A stretch of 23,171 bases of DNA, taken from Promethearchaeota archaeon. Lineage in GTDB: Archaea; Asgardarchaeota; Lokiarchaeia; Sigyniarchaeales; SOKP01. The number at the start of each line of letters is the position of its first letter. Position 1 is the stretch's first letter. A program made the position numbers and the translations under genes. Under the pieces are notes generated by a model, which saw only the letters and a list, made by a program, of their open reading frames with translations, had not been told where the DNA came from and did no database searches. Location: contig JBHLMQ010000049.1 in NCBI GenBank assembly GCA_048938005.1, positions 1 to 23,171 of the forward strand. Reading direction: 5' to 3'. This document shows, piece after piece, positions 18,949-23,171 of the stretch.

Positions 18949-19169
18949 TTTATTAAACAAGCTTCCCTTCTTAGAGATTTAATTAATTCCCTCCTTTAAC
19001 AAAGAGATAATTTAAAATTAAACAAATAATCTTATTTATAAGCTGGTATAGAAAAAAAAATTAATACACTAAAAAAGTTTTACCTTCAAATCTTAAACCA
19101 ATAATTTTTAAATTGCTTAAAGAGTTTTAATTCTTATTATTCTCATCAAAAAACTTATTTATTGACTTC

Positions 19170-19466
19170 ATGAGATCAAGGAAACCATTTCTAATTTTTT
19201 GGCCCCAATACTTTGACGCAAAAAGAAGTCGGAGTAATGGTAGACGACTTCCTAAAAAATTTGCTATAGAAAAGTTTAATTTAGAAGATATAGCAAAAGC
19301 AGCACGAAATTTAGGTTATAATGTTGAAATTGAGAAAAATTATAAATATTCAAGAACATGGTGGGATGACCCCGGAAGAGTTTTAATAGATACGAAGGGT
19401 AAAAAGAAGAGTAAAGTAATGGTTGAAATAGCTAAAGAAATTAGAAAAATACAATCAAAGTCCTAA
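19170..19466 (+). CDS. srp19: Signal recognition particle 19 kDa protein
   Basis: IFWPQYFDAKRSRSNGRRLP, IAKAARNLG, YSRTWW...GRV, KSKVM. Confidence 0.95.
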   Translation: MRSRKPFLIFWPQYFDAKRSRSNGRRLPKKFAIEKFNLEDIAKAARNLGYNVEIEKNYKYSRTWWDDPGRVLIDTKGKKKSKVMVEIAKEIRKIQSKS

Positions 19467-19476
19467 TTTTTCAATT

Positions 19477-19848
19477 ATGCATGAGTTTGCTTTTGCTTAT
19501 AATATTTTCAAAGTAGCTGAAGCTACAGCACTGAAATATAATGCTAAAAAAATAACCGAGGTCCTACTAGAAATAGGGGAATTAACTCTTATTGTTCCTG
19601 AACTTCTCCGGCGTTCTTTTGAAATGGCTACGAAGGGATCAATAGCTGAAGGAGCAAAATTAAATATTATAATAACTCCTGGTAAGATTAAATGTCGAGA
19701 ATGTAATAAAATTTCAAATGTTTCTTTAACTCAAGAAGCACAATTAACTGGATTACAATTATTTAAATGTTCTCATTGTGATAGTAATAATACAGAAATA
19801 ATTGAAGGCAAAAAAGCGAATGTAAAAAATATTAAAATTCAAGATTAA
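19477..19848 (+). CDS. hypA: Hydrogenase nickel metallochaperone HypA
   Basis: N-terminal MHE nickel motif, IGELT, CREC...CSHC zinc site, IIEGK. Confidence 0.93.
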   Translation: MHEFAFAYNIFKVAEATALKYNAKKITEVLLEIGELTLIVPELLRRSFEMATKGSIAEGAKLNIIITPGKIKCRECNKISNVSLTQEAQLTGLQLFKCSHCDSNNTEIIEGKKANVKNIKIQD

Positions 19849-19856
19849 GCTTTTTA

Positions 19857-20234
19857 TTAAACTAAAATCCCATTTAGAAGGCCATGCTGACCAGGACGGC
19901 TGGTAATTCTCACGTTCCCTAATTTTGTTTCAACAATAGCTCCTTTTGTTAAAATATGTCTTCGATTCAAATCTTTTGAAGCAAGATTCTCTTCAAACCG
20001 CAATATCTTAACTTTTTGAGTTTTATTTGTACTAGGATCAGTGACATTGATGAATTGAGTTGCAAATAGTTTAAGCTTGAAATTACCACCTTGTATACGT
20101 TGTATTTTCTTCTTTTCTGTTCCTATTTCTGTATCGATCCTTGGTCGTTCTAAATCTCTTTTTCTTTTCTTACTAAAATGTTTGTACTTTTTTCCAGTGT
20201 ATTTTCGCTTACTTCGAGTTTGACTTCTTGCCAT
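19857..20234 (-). CDS. rps8e: 30S ribosomal protein S8e
   Basis: RSKRKYTG, GGNFK, ILTKGAIVET, ITSRPGQHG. Confidence 0.97.
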   Translation of the reverse strand: MARSQTRSKRKYTGKKYKHFSKKRKRDLERPRIDTEIGTEKKKIQRIQGGNFKLKLFATQFINVTDPSTNKTQKVKILRFEENLASKDLNRRHILTKGAIVETKLGNVRITSRPGQHGLLNGILV

Positions 20235-20415
20235 GAAATATTAACCATTAAGTATCCAGTTTAATAACTTAGTTAAGTAAGGATATCTTTAAAATTTTTT
20301 TAAAAATCGCTCTCAATTATGATTTATTAAGACAAAATAAATATAGACAAAATTTTTATTTAACATATAACATTAACTTAGCTATAATTTATAATGCATT
20401 CTATTTTACAGCAAA

Positions 20416-21057
20416 ATGATGGAAAATAACAATAATCTCAAACAAATAAATCAAAAAGAAATTGAAAAAGCAATTCAAACTAGCACGACCACTGTTGGAA
20501 TAATAATAAAAAATGGTGTTGTTATAGGTACTGAATCACAAGCCACCGCTGGAACTGTAGTAGCATCTAAACAAGCCCAGAAATTATTTGAAATAAATAA
20601 ATTCACAGCAGCAACCATATCTGGCGGAGTTGCAGATTGTCAGTATGTTGTTAACCAACTTCGTGCTCTCTCTCGATTAAGAGAAGTAGAACAGGAGAGT
20701 ATTCCTGAACCAAAGTATATTGCAAGTATAACAAGGAATATATTATTTAGCGGACGCACTTATTTTATTGCTATGATGATTGTAGGGGGATATTCACAAC
20801 AAGAAAATTCTGGTAAACTTTATGGAATTGATCTATTAGGTACGTTATATGAGGAGGAAAATTTTATAAGTTTTGGGAGTGGGAGCCCATTTAGCCTGGG
20901 TGTATTAGAAGCCGATTGGAAGCCGAATATGGCAAAATCGGCGGGTATAGATTTGGTAAAAACAGCAATAACCAGTTCACGTGAGAGGGATGCTGGATCG
21001 GGATATGAATTACAACTTTGCCACATAAATAAGAATGGTTTTAAACAAATTCAATAA
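20416..21057 (+). CDS. psmB: Proteasome beta subunit with 23-aa propeptide
   Basis: TTTVG (Thr1 = residue 24), Glu17, Lys33, Gly47 (SGGVAD), GSGS, RDAGSG. Confidence 0.95.
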   Translation: MMENNNNLKQINQKEIEKAIQTSTTTVGIIIKNGVVIGTESQATAGTVVASKQAQKLFEINKFTAATISGGVADCQYVVNQLRALSRLREVEQESIPEPKYIASITRNILFSGRTYFIAMMIVGGYSQQENSGKLYGIDLLGTLYEEENFISFGSGSPFSLGVLEADWKPNMAKSAGIDLVKTAITSSRERDAGSGYELQLCHINKNGFKQIQ

Positions 21058-21073
21058 TTTCTTTATTCTTTAA

Positions 21074-21571
21074 TTAATCTTCACGTATCTGTATATCAAC
21101 CTGCATTATTTCATTGTTGAAACAAATAAACCCATTAATTTCTTCAGTATTCATATCCATTATAGTCCATATTTGGTTTTTAAAAGGATTCCTAACACCA
21201 CCAACATCCTTATCTAAAAATTTCATATTATAAATATCAGTTGCACTAGGGTATGCAGGAACGGGGTGTGAATGAAAGATACTTATTAATCTTAAATTTT
21301 TTTTGTTAACTGCCTCTTGATGTATTTCAAAATATTTATCAGAATCTTTTATTAAGTCAAAAGAACCCATAGACTCAATATTTGATTTCAAACAATAAAA
21401 TCGTTTTCCAATATAATGAATTTTATATTCATCAAAAGTTATTTCTTCTTTTTTTAAATTACCGAAAATTAAACCACACGCTTCTATTGGTGCTGCTCTT
21501 TTATTACATTTTTTTAATTCATACAATATTTTTTGAGATAGATTAAGTATTATATCTTTTTCAACCTTCAT
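21074..21571 (-). CDS. JAMM/MPN+ (M67 family) zinc metalloprotease / isopeptidase
   Basis: PIEACGL (catalytic Glu) and a complete HSHP-VPAYPS-ATD (HxH-x7-S-xx-D) motif. Confidence 0.92.
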   Translation of the reverse strand: MKVEKDIILNLSQKILYELKKCNKRAAPIEACGLIFGNLKKEEITFDEYKIHYIGKRFYCLKSNIESMGSFDLIKDSDKYFEIHQEAVNKKNLRLISIFHSHPVPAYPSATDIYNMKFLDKDVGGVRNPFKNQIWTIMDMNTEEINGFICFNNEIMQVDIQIRED

Positions 21572-21588
21572 TTTTATAACACATTAAT

Positions 21589-22269
21589 TTAATTATCTAC
21601 AGTAGTTAAAGCTGCATTTAAAGCTGCCAATCTAGATTTTGGTGGACTATCTCCTACACCAATTATAATTACATCATTTTTTTCTAAATTAAAATCATTA
21701 GTAGATAATCTTGTTTTAAAATAATTGAAAATTTTAGATTCTACTCTTGAATGGGGATCAGTGGATATTGAGGGAAAGATCAAATCATGACCATTATAAA
21801 TTAAACAAGTAGCACCAATACCACCTATTTTTATAGCAGCGTCTCTTTGATCTATTCCTGTAGTTAATTTGTTTGATGCATTTCTTATTAAACAATAATA
21901 AAGATAATTATTTTGTGATTCTATAATAATTTCCTTTAAAATTGAAACGTTTCCTTCTTCAATAAGTGGAATTTTTTGTTTAATTTTGTTTAAAAATATT
22001 TTGCCTTTCTCTGTTAAAATATGTCCTTTTCTTTTATTATTATCGCTTAAAGTTTCGATAAATTTAATTTTTTTTTTTAATTTTGTTATTAACGATTTTG
22101 TTGTTCCAGAACCAATTTCTAATTCTTTTTGAAGTCGGTATCTCCCTATACCCTCCTCTCTTTTTCCAAATATGAATAGGGCCATAATAATATGAACTAA
22201 TTCAAATGTTGGTTTAATTGTAGAACTTTGAAATAAATCTTCTAATTCTTTAAACATTATTACTTTCAA
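21589..22269 (-). CDS. Winged-helix + DUF4443-like domain protein, putative transcription regulator
   Basis: IGRYRLQKELEIGSGTTKSL helix-turn-helix, GHILTEKG wing, C-terminal GIDQRDAAIKIGGIGAT. The family assignment is from recall. Confidence 0.72.
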   Translation of the reverse strand: MKVIMFKELEDLFQSSTIKPTFELVHIIMALFIFGKREEGIGRYRLQKELEIGSGTTKSLITKLKKKIKFIETLSDNNKRKGHILTEKGKIFLNKIKQKIPLIEEGNVSILKEIIIESQNNYLYYCLIRNASNKLTTGIDQRDAAIKIGGIGATCLIYNGHDLIFPSISTDPHSRVESKIFNYFKTRLSTNDFNLEKNDVIIIGVGDSPPKSRLAALNAALTTVDN

Positions 22270-22386
22270 ATGTAATTAATTAATATAAGTCAAAAAAAAA
22301 TATAAATCAAAATATAATTTTATTAAATATCTATATTCCGATAAATCTATTCAAATATCCATAAATTGAAATCTTCGTAAAAAAAT

Positions 22387-23171
22387 ATGTCTAAAAAAGA
22401 GAGCGATAAAAAACAAGATCGGACACATAATTTAGTTATTTTTAAAACTAAAGAAGATTATCAAAGTAAGACTCTCGATAAGTACTCGTTTGAAAAAATT
22501 GACCAAGAAGATAAAATCAAACTTGTAAACGATTTTAAGCCATTTGGAGGGCATTATCGATATTCGATTCTATTAGAAAACCAAAGTTTAGCTCCTATTT
22601 CAGAAGTGAAAATCAAAATAAAATTTCCTGAATTTTTAACATTCACAAGGGCATTTCCAGCTACCCTCAATATCTCTGGGGGTATGGTTACTGAAAAAGA
22701 TGCTAAGCAAATAACCCTTGAATTTGATGAGTTAAACGAAAAAAGCCATAAACAAATTTATCTTCATTTTGCTCCAAATACTCTTGATATTGTGGGAGAA
22801 ATAAGAACTATTGTTACTTATGTAAATAATAAGGATACGGTTAGAGTCTTGGATTCCAGACCTGGAGAAATAATCATTAATAGACTAACTATTGAACCTA
22901 AAATAATCCCTTCCCGTTATATCAGAGAATTTTCTCAAACTCCTGGTATAAAAAAAGTAATAAAAAGCTTAGGTATTGAAATTGCTCATCAAATAAATTC
23001 AGAGATATTATTCGACCTTTTAGAAAAAATTTTCTCTATTCACAAATTTCAATTAATCGCTAAAGATGCTAATAAAAAAATTCTATGGTATTTCGGAACT
23101 GATTTGGAATCTAAAGAAGATATACTAGCAGTTGGACAGATAGTATCAAATAAGGTAGAAATTATGGCTTC
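22387..23171 (+). CDS. 3'-truncated ORF (>261 aa) with putative adaptin/coatomer appendage-like Ig + platform domains
   Basis: Translated by hand from ATG 22387 with no stop before the window end: MSKKESDKKQ...YRYSILLENQSLAPISEVKIKIKFP...FDELNEKSHKQIYLHFAP...IRTIVTYVN...IEPKIIPSRYIREF...ILWYFGTDLESKEDILAVGQIVSNKVEIMA. Absent from the ORF track, probably because it has no stop. Confidence 0.85.
   Translation, partial: MSKKESDKKQDRTHNLVIFKTKEDYQSKTLDKYSFEKIDQEDKIKLVNDFKPFGGHYRYSILLENQSLAPISEVKIKIKFPEFLTFTRAFPATLNISGGMVTEKDAKQITLEFDELNEKSHKQIYLHFAPNTLDIVGEIRTIVTYVNNKDTVRVLDSRPGEIIINRLTIEPKIIPSRYIREFSQTPGIKKVIKSLGIEIAHQINSEILFDLLEKIFSIHKFQLIAKDANKKILWYFGTDLESKEDILAVGQIVSNKVEIMA

Noticed and set aside
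18989-19002. Degenerate copy of the tRNA-Pro 5' end (CCCTCCTTTAACAA)
   Set aside because: Too short and imperfect to separate from chance; no split-tRNA half or complementary leader seen.
18949-19169. SRP (7S) RNA next to srp19
   Set aside because: The region is about 220 nt, AT-rich and shows no long GC-rich helices or helix-8 motif.
20253-20285. Imperfect inverted repeat (TATCC...TAACT-T-AGTTA...GGATA) between rps8e and psmB
   Set aside because: Short arms with inconsistent symmetry in AT-rich DNA; cannot be supported as an operator or leader hairpin without comparative data.
20820-21026. 68-aa minus-strand ORF
   Set aside because: Antisense shadow inside psmB.
1-23171. CRISPR array, IS elements, rRNA or a recognisable selenoprotein
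   Set aside because: No regularly spaced repeats, transposase motifs, long GC-rich RNA or UGA-interrupted known redox protein found; nearly all the sequence is explained by the listed genes.

Overview
AT-rich archaeal chromosomal segment. Gene content (archaeal GluRS, rpS8e, SRP19, proteasome beta, MtxX, amidase paralogues, zinc-ribbon fusions, intron-containing tRNAs) points to an Asgard archaeon, most like Lokiarchaeia; this is an inference. I support 22 protein genes, including a 5'-truncated amidase at the left edge and a 3'-truncated ORF at 22387 that the ORF track misses, plus two tRNA genes. No transposase, integrase, CRISPR array or rRNA is visible. Highlights: (1) both tRNAs carry inserts at non-canonical positions, tRNA-Pro(GGG) a 31-nt intron at 52/53 with a perfect CCGG/CCGG bulge-helix-bulge core and tRNA-Arg(GCG) a 30-nt insert in the variable region; (2) the ORF at 22387 reads like an adaptin/COPI appendage (Ig-like ear plus platform), and a 638-aa Zn-ribbon/helical/Ig-like protein resembles a trafficking scaffold; (3) a proteasome beta gene with a Ser(-1) processing site converges on a JAMM/MPN+ isopeptidase gene.
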